DNA of 45,554 nt from positions 1 through 45,554 of the forward strand of contig JAUCBJ010002255.1 in assembly GCA_032718475.1 (NCBI GenBank), in the 5' to 3' direction. Under the pieces are notes generated by a model. It saw only the letters and a list, made by a program, of their open reading frames with translations, was not told the DNA's origin and searched no databases. This document shows positions 1 through 13,356 of the stretch, in pieces (position 1 is the first letter of the stretch; each line of letters begins with the position of its first letter). The DNA comes from Nemertoderma westbladi (taxonomy: Eukaryota; Animalia; Xenacoelomorpha). The translations under genes were made by a program, and so were the position numbers.

Positions 1-15
1 ATATCAGGTGATTCA

Positions 16-576
16 ATGGCAGCAAAAGTTATAAAGAAATGCAACTCAACTCTACGATTCCTTTACCGACAGGGGTCTATACTCGATTATTACACCAAAA
101 GGTTGCTTTGTAATGCTCTAATTCAACCTCACTTGGACTTTGTATCATCCTGCTGGTACTATAGCACAAGCAAAGGGCTACAGAACCAACTACAGACACT
201 CCAACGGAAGTACATACGATTCTGCCTGGGACTGCACCACCGGACACACATAACGCAAGACCACTATATAAAAATGTCATGGCTAGCTATTGACACTCGT
301 GTTGAGCAAAGCATATTATGTCACATGTATCGTATTAGTCGCGGCCTATCCCCACCATATCTCGAGAACTTAGTTATTTTCGACCCAACTGGAATTAACC
401 TTCGTAGGAGCGAGAACCGAGCCGTAATCCCCTCACGCAGAACTGCTGTTGGGTGTGAAACGCTGTCATTCTTAGGCCCGAGTCTATGGAACTCCCTGCC
501 CAATAAACTAAAAAGTAAAATATCCCTGGAGTCATTTAAACATGGGATCAAAAACCACTATTTGAATATGCGCTAA
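16..576 (+). mobile_element. C-terminal part of the RT ORF of a CR1/L2-group (Crack/Daphne-like) non-LTR retrotransposon, continuing from outside the window
   Basis: The translation (RFLYRQ..LDYYTKRLLCNALIQPHLDF.SSCWY...LQTLQRKYIRFCLGL...SFLGPSLWNSLP...SLESFK) matches the typical post-RT C-terminus of CR1/L2-group LINEs. Confidence 0.85.
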
Positions 577-2040
577 CAACAGCATGGATATGATACGTAC
601 ATACTATGATATCCTAACTCCTAATTATTAGTGATATGATGCTAATTTATAACAGCTGTCTTTAACAAACGGCCTGTGACATGGTGCTGATCAATAATTC
701 TAGAACCCTATAAGCCCTAACCCCCTTTAAATATGTATTTTTTAATATACTATGTATTTGTATTACTTTCATTTTTAATCTTAGTTATGTGCATGTTGTT
801 TTATACTTCAGTGTATTTACGAACTCTTATAAATGCTTTATTAACAAATGCCCTTACTTGCGGGTACCGATAAGCTGGCTCTATGCTATTATAAATATTA
901 TAGTGATATGATAACTGATTAATGATAAAATAAATAACTCTTAAAACTCAGTATCTTATAGTATACTATGTATTTTAACTTTTGGTATATTTATAGTGTA
1001 TTTTATAAGTATTTTAACTAAGTATTTTATATTTCGGGTGTATTTAACAGGCTCTTTTAATAACTTTTTCAACGAATGGCCTTAATGAACAGCCGTCTTG
1101 GATTAATAATGGAGTAACTGTATAGTACTGTATGTAAGAACCTTATTCAGAACCTTATTCTATTTTATCTCCATTAACATATTTATATTTTAATGTACGT
1201 CCTTTTACTGTGTATTTCCCTACACATTTCGGGTAATAATTTCGTTAATATTTTGATTGTTGCTGGGAATGGATAATTAAATTCGTACAGTAAGTACGAA
1301 TTTAAATCGTTCATAATTAATCTATTGTAATTTTTATTTAAATCCGTGTACTCTAGTAATCTGTGTAATCTAGTAATCCGTGTAATCTGTATCATAATTA
1401 ATCTATTGTAATTTTTATTTAAATCCGTGTAATCTAGTAGGTACGAATTCAAACCGAATCTAACTCATTTATTTTATTTCGTATGTAACTTCGTGTAATC
1501 TTTATATCGATGATTGTGTATTTGTGATACTCCTGCCATGCCAATCAATACCACACAGACCATACTACAATCCACCACAGCTCTATACTAAATGTTATAT
1601 TACTCCGACCACTCCCCTCGAACACATTCCAACTCCATTTTACACACGCCTACTAACCACACATTTACCACTACCGACAGACAATTACCACACCGACCAT
1701 ACCGATAACCTCCTCGCCTTAAGGGGACCCCCATGAAAACGAGACCATGTCTCTTGGGGCTATCCCCGACATCATCTAGACTCACACTCACCATGCAAAA
1801 CTTACCCATTACTCAACCACCTCTTACACAGGAAACGCTGACCACAAATTGCCAACGAAATGCACTCTGACAACACACTTACATTATAGCCTAACTCTGT
1901 AACTAACTGTCTCAATTTATTTGTTGCATTAACTACAGAACTATAAATACTGTATAATGGATTATCTTGTTATCTTGTTCCTTCCGGTAATGTTTAATTA
2001 TGCAGATTTACTTTACTTATTTGATGTCAATTAAACAATT
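577..2040 (+). mobile_element. Probable long 3' UTR of the same LINE
   Basis: AT-rich sequence with internal duplications. A hairpin-like GGGGACCCCCATGAAAACGAGACCATGTCTCTTGGGGCTATCCCC at about 1723-1768 resembles the GGACCCC..GGAAA...TATCC motif I recall from invertebrate CR1/L2 3' UTRs. The end point is inferred. Confidence 0.4.
1310..1439. repeat. Local direct duplication of about 47 bp, with short GTGTAATC subrepeats
   Basis: TCATAATTAATCTATTGTAATTTTTATTTAAATCCGTGTA(C/A)TCTAGTA occurs at about 1310 and about 1392. Confidence 0.8.
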
Positions 2041-2158
2041 TCTTACCAGTAGTCCTACATTATAGGGTACCGCTATCTACTGATCTACCGGTATTTATTT
2101 TTACTAGCTATTTATATCAGTATATCCTGAATCCCGCTATCGGCGGTGGCTATCAACA

Positions 2159-3736
2159 ATGGCACCAAGACCAATGAAGGTCGCTAAATGCCCAACAGAT
2201 GAATTAAGTCTCACTAATTGCGCAATTGTAAACCCCGACGATTTCAACGTAAATGACGTGAAATTTATCGTTATTTACATCGAATCGCGTCAATTCTATT
2301 TCAGCGTGAAATCCCACAAGGGAGTCGATCGGAACTGCGTCGGGTTCAGTTTACCGCAACGGCGATGGTTGCAGCTGACGTTCGGGCAAGAGATCGGAGT
2401 CGAACCTATCAGGTTTAAGAGTAGCGACTATTTGGCTATGGTAACGTTGCAGGTCGATTTTATTAACAAGAAATCCGCCACTCAGGAACCTTTCAATACA
2501 GATGAAATGGCGCGGGAATTCAACATGTTATTCCACGATCAGGCCTTTATGGAAGGTCAACTATTGGCCTTCCCGTTACCCGGTAAGCGAACCCTTTTGG
2601 CGACGGTTTCTTCCTTGGAGGCGGTTGATGTTTCCAACGTAAAGAAGAACGAGTTGAGCGCCCCTCGTAAGGTTCGCTTCGGGGTGTCTTTTCCGAACAG
2701 CGTGATCATATTCGAGAAGGCGGAAGGATCCCCGATCGTTCTCACGGGGAAATCTCGGGGAAAAACGGCGCGGCAAAATATAATTAACCCGGATTGGGAC
2801 TTCAAGAAGATGGGAATCGGAGGCTTAGATAAACAGTTTAACGATATATTCCGTCGCGCGTTCGCTAGTCGCGTATTCCCACCCGAGATCGTGGAGCAGA
2901 TCGGGATGAAACACGTCCGCGGTTTGCTGCTGTTCGGTCCCCCGGGGACCGGGAAGACGTTGATGGCGAGAACGATAGGGATGATGCTGCACGCCCGAGA
3001 GCCCAAGGTGGTCAACGGTCCCGAGATCCTAAACAAATACGTGGGAGAGTCGGAGGCCAACATCCGGAAGCTCTTCGGGGAGGCGGAAGAGGAGCAGAAG
3101 CGTTGCGGCAACCAGAGCGGGTTGCATATCATTATCTTTGATGAGATAGACGCGATATGTAAGCAGCGGGGTGGAGGCGGGGGCGGCACCGGGGTACACG
3201 ACACCGTCGTCAATCAGCTGCTCAGTAAGATCGACGGCGTCGACCAACTCAACAACATCCTCGTCATCGGGATGACAAACCGACGGGATCTCATCGACGA
3301 CGCGTTGCTGCGACCTGGCCGCATGGAGATCCAGATGGAGATCGGTCTCCCCGATGAGAAGGGCCGTCTACAGATCCTCGACATCTACTGCTCCAGGATG
3401 CGCAACTCCAAGCACCTCTCGGAGGACGTCGACCTCGCCGAACTCTCCGTGCTCACGAAGAACTTTAGCGGCGCGGAGATCGAGGGTTTGGTTCGGTGCG
3501 CGCAGAGCACCGCGATGAATCGGATGGTGAATGTGAACAAGGTGGACGTGGATTACGAAGCCGCGGAGAATATGAAGGTTTTCCGGGGCGATTTCCTCAA
3601 CGCCTTGGAGAACGACATCAAGCCGGCCTTCGGTGTCTCTGCGGAACAGTTCGAGATGTACATTATCAACGGGATCATCAACTTCAGCCCGTCCATTCCC
3701 GCCCTACTCGAAGACGGAAACCTACTGATCCAACAG
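2159..3736 (+). CDS. NSF: Vesicle-fusing ATPase NSF, exon 1 (N domain, D1 AAA+ domain, start of D2)
   Basis: N-terminus [13 protein letters not shown], Walker [25 protein letters not shown], Walker [12 protein letters not shown] and SRH LLRPGR. Donor CAACAG|GTTAGT at 3736/3737, phase 0, after 526 codons. Confidence 0.97.
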
Positions 3737-3794
3737 GTTAGTATGTTATACATCTAGTCAGATTACAGACATCGAGATAGTTTCTGTCTATTCA

Positions 3795-5950
3795 ATCAAA
3801 GCAAACAGTCGACCGAAGCTGGAGGTAAGGGTGGACGGGACGCTACTCCTATCTGCTACCCGAAGGTAGTTGTTGGCGCTGCTCCTATCTGCTACCCGGG
3901 GGTAGGGTTGGGCGCTACTCCTGTCTGCTACCCGAAGGTAGGGGTTGGCGCTGCTCCTATCTGCTACCCGAAGGTAGGGGTGGGCGCTACTCCTATCTGC
4001 TACCCGAGGGTACGGTTGGACGCTACTCCTATCTGCTACACTAAGGTAGGGGTAGGCGCTACTCCTATCTGCTACACTAAGGTAGGGGTAGGCGCTACTC
4101 CTATCTGCTACCCGAAGGTAGTTGTTGGCGCTGCTCCTATCTGCTACCCGAGGGTAGGGTTGGACGCTACTCCTGTCTGCTACCCGAAGGTAGGGGTTGG
4201 CGCTGCTCCTATCTGCTACCCGAAGGTAGGGGTGGGCGCTACTCCTATCTGCTACCCGAAGGTAGGGGTTGGCGCTACTCCTATCTGCTACACTAAGGTA
4301 GGGGTAGGCGCTACTCCTATCTGCTACCCAAAGGTAGTTGTTGGCGCTGCTCCTATCTGCTACCCGAGGGTAGGGTTGGACGCTACTCCTGTCTGCTACC
4401 CGAAGGTAGGGGTTGGCGCTGCTCCTATCTGCTACCCGAAGGTAGTTGTTGGCGCTGCTCCTATCTGCTACCCGAGGGTAGGGTTGGACGCTACTCCTGT
4501 CTGCTACCCGAAGGTAGAGGTTGGCGCTACTCCTATCTGCTACACTAAGGTAGGGGTAGGCGCTACTCCTATCTGCTACCCGAAGGTAGTTGTTGGCGCT
4601 GCTCCTATCTGCTACCCGAGGGTAGGGTTGGACGCTACTCCTGTCTGCTACCCGAAGGTAGGGGTTGGCGCTGCTCCTATCTGCTACCCGAAGGTAGGGG
4701 TGGGCGCTACTCCTATCTGCTACCCGAAGGTAGGGGTTGGCGCTACTCCTATCTGCTACCCGAAGGTAGGGGTGGGCGCTACTCCTATCTGCTACCCGAA
4801 GGTAGGGGTTGGCGCTGCTCCTATCTGCTACCCGAGGGTAGGGGTGGGCGCTACTCCTATCTGCTACCCGAAGGTAGGGGTTGGCGCTACTCCTATCTGC
4901 TACCCGAAGGTAGGGGTGGGCGCTACTCCTATCTGCTACCCGAAGGTAGGGGTTGGCGCTGCTCCTATCTGCTACCCGAGGGTAGGGTTGGACGCTACTC
5001 CTATCTGCTACCCGAAGGTAGGGGTTGGCGCTACTCCTATCTGCTACACTAAGGTAGGGGTAGGCGCTACTCCTATCTGCTACCCGAAGGTAGGGGTGGG
5101 CGCTACTCCTATCTGCTACCCGAAGGTAGGGGTTGGCGCTACTCCTATCTGCTACCCGAAGGTAGGGGTTGGCGCTACTCCTATCTGCTACCCGAAGGTA
5201 GGGGTTGGCGCTACTCCTATCTGCTACACTAAGGTAGGGGTAGGCGCTACTCCTATCTGCTACCCGAAGGTAGGGGTGGGCGCTACTCCTATCTGCTACC
5301 CGAAGGTAGGGGTTGGCGCTACTCCTATCTGCTACCCGAAGGTAGGGGTTGGCGCTACTCCTATCTGCTACCCGAAGGTAGGGGTTGGCGCTACTCCTAT
5401 CTGCTACACGAAGGTAGGGGTGGACGCCACTCCTATCTGCTACCCGAGCGAGGGTAGGGGTGGACGCTACTCCTATCTGCTACCCGAAGGTAGGGGTTGG
5501 CGCTACTCCTATCTGCTACACGAAGGTAGGGGTGGACGCCACTCCTATCTGCTACCCGAGCGAGGGTATGGGTGGACGCTACTCCTATCTGCTACCCGAA
5601 GGTAGGGGTTGGCGCTACTCCTATCTGCTACCCGAAGGTAGGGGTTGGCGCTACTCCTATCTGCTACACGAAGGTAGGGGTGGACGCCACTCCTATCTGC
5701 TACCCGAGCGAGGGTAGGGGTGGACGCTACTCCTATCTGCTACCCGAAGGTAGGGGTTGGCGCTACTCCTATCTGCTACCCGAAGGTAGGGGTGGGCGCT
5801 ACTCCTATCCCAAGTTGTACTCCCAGTAATTCAACTGGTCCTCATTTTATCATCCCCTGATGAAAGGCTGTGTGGACCCGGGCTGGGCTCGAACCTACAA
5901 CCAATAGATTGCAGGCCCAGCGCAGAACCACCTGAGTTATTACCCGCCTT
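3795..5950 (-). mobile_element. tRNA-derived SINE (MetaSINE-like core) whose 3' body is expanded by the 36-bp array
   Basis: On the minus strand: A box TAACTCAGGTGG (5928-5939), B box GGTTCGAGCCC (5885-5895), then CACAGCCTTTCATC...GATAAAATGAGGACCAGT, running directly into the repeat. The left boundary is approximate. Confidence 0.75.
3841..5808. repeat. 36-bp tandem minisatellite (about 54 copies) in the NSF intron, each unit with a hairpin
   Basis: Consensus CGCTACTCCTATCTGCTACCCGAAGGTAGGGGTTGG with a few 40-bp variants near the 3' end. Each unit contains the internal stem CTACC-CGAA-GGTAG. Confidence 0.98.
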
Positions 5951-6059
5951 CTAGGTAGTTTTGATTTTTATCCTTTTCTACATAAAATATGTTAATGAGC
6001 GGTTCTGTGCGGGTGGAGAAAACTGTTCAGAGTGATTTTATTTCAAATTAATTTATTAA

Positions 6060-6740
<681 letters not shown>

Positions 6741-8445
6741 ATCCACGCACCGGGGTTGATGGAAGGAAATTTTATTTTCGGAAGCATAAAATATGATCCA
6801 TCATATTTATCTCTACGCGCTGACAACACGACTTTTCGTTTTGAAAACCAAATTGACAGCTCTAACTTTTTAAGTTGTGAATCATTTTCAAATACTAAAC
6901 CTATTCAATAGGCTAAAGTTAATAATTATTATTGTTTAAATTGATTACCAACTGTATGTGACTGCGTACCAACTGTGTGATACCAACTGTAATAACAACA
7001 GCAATTAATTGGCTCTAAGAAAAAAATTTACACGGTGATCATCAAGTGAAGCCATAATATAATATATTTTCGTTTCATTAACCCCGTTACTTATTTTAAT
7101 CGGTGCAGTAGTTTGATTAATTATAGTGATTTCACTTGGCAAAATTATATGTTTTAAATAATTCAGTGTTTACTTTGTATAGCCTAGCTAGATAATATGT
7201 GGAACTCTTTACACCGTTATCATTGAACCTCTACAGAGGAAAGTCGACGCAAATATACAGCTAGTTACGAGTAAAACCTGTGGTATTGATTATCGTTTAG
7301 TGTTTTGGTTGGAATAACATGCCACTTGCCACTGTCATCTGCCCCTTTCCTATAATTGACAATTTTTTAATTTCAGTGTATCACTTTTGTCTCGGTGCCT
7401 CTCTGTGTATTAATGTAATACAATTATTGTTTGCTTCGTGTTTTATATTATACAAATACAATGTATAATAACGTGGGATTCTGGTTACAGGTTGATATTC
7501 TTTTATTCCAAAATGTTAAACTTTGGTTATCGTCCACTATTTACAGACTGTTGTATACCACCCCACCTCCCTGATTGCTATTCTCGTATTCCGTTATTTT
7601 TGGTACCAGGTACCACTCAACATACTAAGTTTTATTGATATTAAAGTAATATTTTGGAATAAAGCTACATGCATACTTGTTAGAAATACTTTATTCTTAT
7701 CCTCGTATCTCTATTTGCACTCACTCGTTGTGTTCCTTCGTGAAACAAAGCAATCGGATTGTCACTCTGTATAAAGTGCTACTGTTCCTAGTGCTGCTAA
7801 AGCTGCTATTAAATAGTTTTTACGTAATTCAAATTTTCAAGCACTTTAAATGTTAAATGGGGAAAATTACATGACACACGATAGTTGGTCAAAGTAACTA
7901 CCGCTATTATTATATTCGCAATTATTCTCTGCAGTTTCGCATTATTTATACTGCGTTTTTTATTCTCCCGACTATATTTTTCAACCATAATAACTAACCT
8001 AATTCCGTTGCAAGGATTCCAAAAATGTAAAGTTCTATGAATTTTGTAATTTGTACAGTAGAATTAACTGTAATACAATCCTTCTTTAGACCCCCGGTAG
8101 TTAATATAATGATTGAGTAACATTACAATATTCCTTTAAATTCCATGCAGATTTTATATAATTATATGTTATTATTACCATGAAATGGATTTGTAATAAT
8201 GTTCTACTCCACCGTTGTCAATATTATTTTAAAATTACTTTGTTTTGCAATTTTTGAAGTAGAATTGATTATTACGAAACATTTATTTATTAACCTATGT
8301 ATTTTTTATAACTTTCGTTACTTTACTTCATGTGTCTGAATATACTGAAGAGTAAATGTTATAATATAGTTGTTGGAAGGATATAAATCCACAATATCAT
8401 CACCCCATCATCCCCTCCATCTCACCTCCTTTCAATCTGCCTCGG

Positions 8446-9839
8446 GTGTTTGAGAGTAATTCTATTGATTATGTATGCGCGACGAACGAGGCTACTTTAC
8501 TTATTGCGTTGATGAGGTGTGGTTATATAAACGGGTTGGAGCGAACCTTGAATGAGCTTCCTCGTTCCAGGCAGCAGGTGCTAGAGATTGATGGGTTAAT
8601 TCGCGGCCGTAGCCATGGTGATGTGTAACTCTACGGTAGATTTCGTGGTTCATTTCTATGTCTGTCACGGATAAAACGAAAAGGATTGCATTGTATGGCA
8701 CGGATGTCTTTCCCAAGCACGGCAATCGCACAACATAGGTAGCTCTAATGGCCACGGCACAGCTTAGCACATGTTGCTTAGAACTGGAGTTTTACCTGTC
8801 CTGAGACTAATATCAAATACAAGTCGCATCGCACTCCCATGATTAAGATAAAATCATATAATCCGCGACTAGTCGACTTTTAGGGCGTCCATTATAGAAT
8901 CAAATATGTTTGGACTAGAACTTCAGTTTTTCCTGCCCCATACTAACTCATATATTTGATTTACTAACCCATTAACACCAGACTTTAAAATGTTGTACAA
9001 ATTCTGGAGGGGGGGGGGGGGGGGGGGGGTGACATTGCGGAACAAGAATCCTTTGAACCGAATGGCAGCGCGGCTGGCCTAATACACATTATGGATTCCA
9101 TGACATTGACATGGGCTTTAGTTGTAATTATAATAATAGCAAGTTCATACCCAACAACCCAGTACCAGCTTGCTGCTATTTCTATGGAGAAAATGTAATT
9201 TCCTCGTTTATATGAGCTGCTTTAGTTTGAGTTAATTTCCTGGAGAAACCAGCTCCTGTCCATGAGTTTGGCTATGGCATTCACAATTCACCTAGTTTAC
9301 CATTACTAGCGGTTGTCACACAGTAAGGTAGAGCCGGCGGCGTGTTCCACGTCACCGTTCAATAACATATGATGAGATTGTGAGAGTAATAAAAGGATGA
9401 ATTGTTAATGGCAAATCGTTCACCAAGCTTGTACCGTTGTATGGCCTATACTCTTCATTTAATGTTGAGTTTCCAATTAACGGATATCATTGTTATACGA
9501 ATGCACAATGTTTTGCATTAAGTTGCCGTAATAACATTTTATGTCAATTACAAGAAATTTAAAGTGAAATGAGAAGCCTGCAAGTGTAACTGAACTCATA
9601 TTATATTTCCAAAATTAGTACCCCGGACTAAATATTATCTTTCAGAACGAATATCAATCTGGTAACATCAAGTCAAGTCAGTATATATGAGTTAATTATG
9701 GATGGAATCTATGACAATGGCACCACTACTCCCCCCAATGTGACCAACATGTTGTCGATTCTTGCCCAGGCTGATTCTGGATAGTTGATTTATTCACTTT
9801 GAGACATGTTATAAATTATGCAAAACACCCCGATTGCTA
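8446..9839 (+). pseudogene. Possible highly decayed fem-1-like ankyrin-repeat pseudogene
   Basis: Colinear, stop-riddled patches resemble FEM1B as I remember it: DYV...ATLLIALMRCG...RQQVLEIDGLIRG, NGHGTA*HMLL...FRASIIESNMFGL, FNVEFPINGYH and MQNTP. The similarity is weak. Confidence 0.3.
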
Positions 9840-12276
9840 CTACTACTAGGATCGGCATGCTGCATTGCAGCTGCATTTTTAAGAATGCTGTGCCGGCTTG
9901 TCAACAAAATTGCACCGCCACAACTCCCTATCACCCATGACATTTGCTAGATCATCCGCATCTTCAAGGCCAGTGTCCTTTAAGATGCGTCTCAAGAAAG
10001 TCATGGGCTGTCCACCATGCTTATTCACTCCATGAGGCTGCCAAAGTACAAGATTATGCACTGGCTGGTCCTCACGGCGAAAGCAATGTCCTGCAAAGCG
10101 GAGGCGATTTTGTTCTAGTGTCAAGCTTGGGGGAACCAATGAGACACCTCCAATGTTATATAGTGTCAGGTTGGAGATGTGTGCATTGTACTTGACACAA
10201 TGAACCCGGCGTAGCATTCTTGTGAATGTGCCATCCAGAGATTTGGTGTCCTCAGCAGTTAGAGCCCAGCATGGACTCCCATAGAGGAGTACTGGAACTA
10301 CTGCTGCTCTAAATAATCGGACCTTAAGTTTCCGATTAATTCTCGGTGACTTCCAAATCCTGGAAAGCCTATTCAAGGCTGCCCATGCATTTCCCTTACG
10401 TATTCGAAGGTCCTCACCTGACTTCCGGATCCATGATCCCAGGTAACAGAAGTCGTCCACATGCTCAAGCATACCATCCTTTGAGCTTATGCTCATCCGA
10501 TCAGAGACTTGCTGAGGACTTTCAAAGTTAACTGTCAGAATTTTGGTCTTTCTGGAGTTAATAAAAAGACCAACACTAGAAGCAGCATGTTCTAATGAGC
10601 TGAGGAGCCGTTGGGCTCCCTCTAATGATTCTGAGAGTACTCCTAAGTCATCAGCAAAGTCTAGATCAGTTAGGTACTTGGCAGGATTTCCTCGACTTCT
10701 GGAGCCAGTAGGTGGAGTTATCATCACCCCATCATCATTATAATGATCTAAGGACATGCGTAGAACATAGTCAACCACAATAATGAACAAGAATGGTGCA
10801 AGTGTGTCTCCTTGGAGGACGCCCCATAACACTTCAAATGGTTCTGTGTCACCGTCAACAGTAGACACAAATGTTGTCGAACCATCGTATACTGATCTGA
10901 TTGCTGCAATAATTTCATCAGGAATCCCATATAATGAAAGTATGCTGAACATACGTGAGCGAGAGACTGAATCAAAGGCCTTGAAGAAGTCAACAAAGAT
11001 AACAGCCAGATGCCTGTCTTTATTTTTTGATAACTCTTCAATTATCCTTCTAAGTGCCAAAATGGGCTCCATGGTCCCACGACCTTTACGGAACCCATTC
11101 TGATTTCCACGGAGCAGTCTCTCAATGGGATCCCTGATGCGATTTAATAGAATCCTATTGTATAGCTTTGCAGCAATCGAGATCAATGAGATTCCCCGAA
11201 AAGAACCATAGTGTTAGGTTGCCCTTCTTGGGAACTGGCACCAACTTATTTGTTTTCATTTCTTGTGGGACACTTGTTGTTCGGTACATGTCTACTATGA
11301 TGGGATAGATGAGCTTTAAACACTCAGGTATTTTAAAGACCTCAGGGGGAACAACATCTACTCCACTGGCACGATTGGTCTTAATGCTCTTTGCAGCAGC
11401 CTTCACTTCTGCAAAGGAGATATCGCCAATGGGAATATCTGGGAGTACAGACTCAGACACTTTTACTTCTATAAAGTTATCAGGCAATACCCTGTCATTA
11501 TTGAGGAGCTTTTCAAAGTGGGCTTTCCAACCATTGAGGCGATCGGCTGGTGATTCAGCCTTAACCTTGGTGGTTGGTTGGCTTTTCCGCCCAGTAAGCA
11601 GATTGATCGATTTCCATGCCTGGGATGATTGCCTGCTGTCGTCAGCATCATTGATGGCATCAACCTGTTGGTTTATTAGCTCCTGTAGATTAGCAGAGTA
11701 CTGCCTGTTCAGGGACCTAGATGCAGCATTAACTGCATTCTTGGCCGCTGTAGTCTGTTTGAGTCGGGACTCTTTCAGCGCCTTATGAAGGTCATTTCGG
11801 CACTTCTGAATTTTGTTGTCAGTCCAGGGGGCCCTTTTCCTGTTTCGAGGGTATACAGGAACTGTTTCTGCAGCTGCTAACTTAACTGCTTCTGTAAAGG
11901 CAGTATAGCCCACACAGTGATCTGCCGCCTCAGAGGCAAGAGCCTCATACCTGTTGCTCAGCTGTAGTGTGAAGCTGGATCTCACACTTGGCTGTTGCAA
12001 CAGTAACAGAGATGACCAGTCATGCCGCGGCAAGGCAGCTTTCGTTGTTCTGCTAGCACGCAGACTAAGTCTTACCTTGGCCACAATAAGGCGGTGATCA
12101 CTGGAGAAGGGTCGAAGTGTAAATGCATTACAGTCTTGTATAGAGCTCCTGTATTTCCTACGAAACAGAATATGGTCTATCTGGGACTTGTGACCACTGG
12201 GTCCACTATGAGTCCATAGCTTTCCAGTTCGCTTCTTGAACTGGGTTCCAGCCGAAAACAATCCATTTCCAGCTAA
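9840..12276 (-). mobile_element. 5'-truncated RTE-clade LINE (end of APE domain plus RT) with one frameshift
   Basis: APE end SQIDHIL..SDH, RT motifs QNGFRKGR, FVDFFKAFDSV, GVLQGDTLAPFLF and LDFADDL. Frameshift near 11200 (GNLTL/FRGISL). Short 3' UTR ending in (TAG)n. TSD CGATTGCTA at 9831-9839 and 12277-12285. Confidence 0.95.
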
Positions 12277-12346
12277 CGATTGCTAACACCCAGTATAGAA
12301 CTTACATGTTTACAAAAAAAATCTTGAGCATAAATAGCTACCACCC

Positions 12347-12364
12347 CAGTGGCGGATCCAGGAT

Positions 12365-12395
<31 letters not shown>

Positions 12396-13259
12396 CTTGG
12401 CCATTTCAATCATTGGTGACAGGCGAAAATTTTAGTAAACCATTGAAAATTAAACTGAATATAAAAAATATATATAATATAAATATATAATAAATAATAT
12501 ATAAAATAATAATATAATAATATATAAATATATTATTTATATATAACAAATATTCCCCCATAGACGGCATTTATCTGTGGACGGTCTTCTTATAGCTAGC
12601 TTGCTGTCTTTCTAGTTTTTTAATTTCACTTGTTTCAATTTCTGCACTAGGCCTACTATCTGTACTGTACAAATTAAGTAAGGAATGTGCGTTGCTAGGA
12701 AACTGGATAAATACAATAACATTTGCCGGTCGGTATCATCTGATACTGATATCGTCTGATGTTGTGGCTACTCCTTGTACATGTACATTTACATTCCAAA
12801 TATAAATATTGCAACTACAAACGTCTTCGGCGGATGCACTATGGTACTTTATGCCATAGGCTATTCCGCTATTCCAGTATCAACATAAATTAGACGTTAG
12901 CCTACCGGTAAAAATAACATTACTAATACCGTAAATTTGCTTTAATGTACAGACAATCCGACAAAGTAGGCCTAAAGCCGAAACCGAAACAAGTAAAATT
13001 CAAATTTGATAGTGTAAACCTTCTTTAATCTGTTAATCGGTATGGTACAGGTACAGACAATCTGAATGTGGGCCTAGCCCTAGAGCCGAAATTGCAACTT
13101 TAAGTTAAATTCAAATTTCCCGCGGGAGCCATTCAGCAATTAAATCTGTACTCATGAACCCGCTTGTCGCTACAATCACTGTCCTACATCCTAGAAGTAA
13201 TAGCTGTAACTGTAACATTGCATCATTATGGAGTTACTTAAATATAAGCTGCCAAATTT

Positions 13260-13304
<45 letters not shown>

Positions 13305-13356
13305 CTTGAGCCCCCCAAGCCCCCCCCCCCCCCCCCCCCCCTTGTATCCGCCACTG
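12347..13356. mobile_element. Non-autonomous hAT-type DNA transposon (1,010 bp)
   Basis: TIRs CAGTGGCGGAT.CA.G and CTTGTATCCGCCACTG, an 8-bp TSD TACCACCC at 12339-12346 and 13357-13364, and subterminal poly-G/poly-C tracts. Confidence 0.92.

Noticed and set aside
2557-3213. 218-aa antisense ORF and other short ORFs overlapping NSF, the RTE, FRG1 and TYMS
   Set aside because: Shadow frames of GC-rich coding sequence with no recognisable motifs.
3841-5808. CRISPR-like array (36-bp hairpin repeats)
   Set aside because: The units are head-to-tail with no unique spacers, there are no cas genes and the context is eukaryotic.
3908-5829. 565-aa and 85-aa ORFs (ATPICYPKVGVG repeats)
   Set aside because: They arise from a stop-free 36-bp unit inside the NSF intron, have no ATG start and shift frame at the 40-bp variants.
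5857-5900. Hammerhead ribozyme core CTGATGA (also at 24483-24489)
   Set aside because: I could not find stem II followed by GAAA and a stem III/NUH site at either location.
5880-5950. Genuine tRNA gene (also considered at 24493-24575)
   Set aside because: A and B boxes are present, but there is no complete cloverleaf or T-run terminator, and both continue into SINE core sequence.
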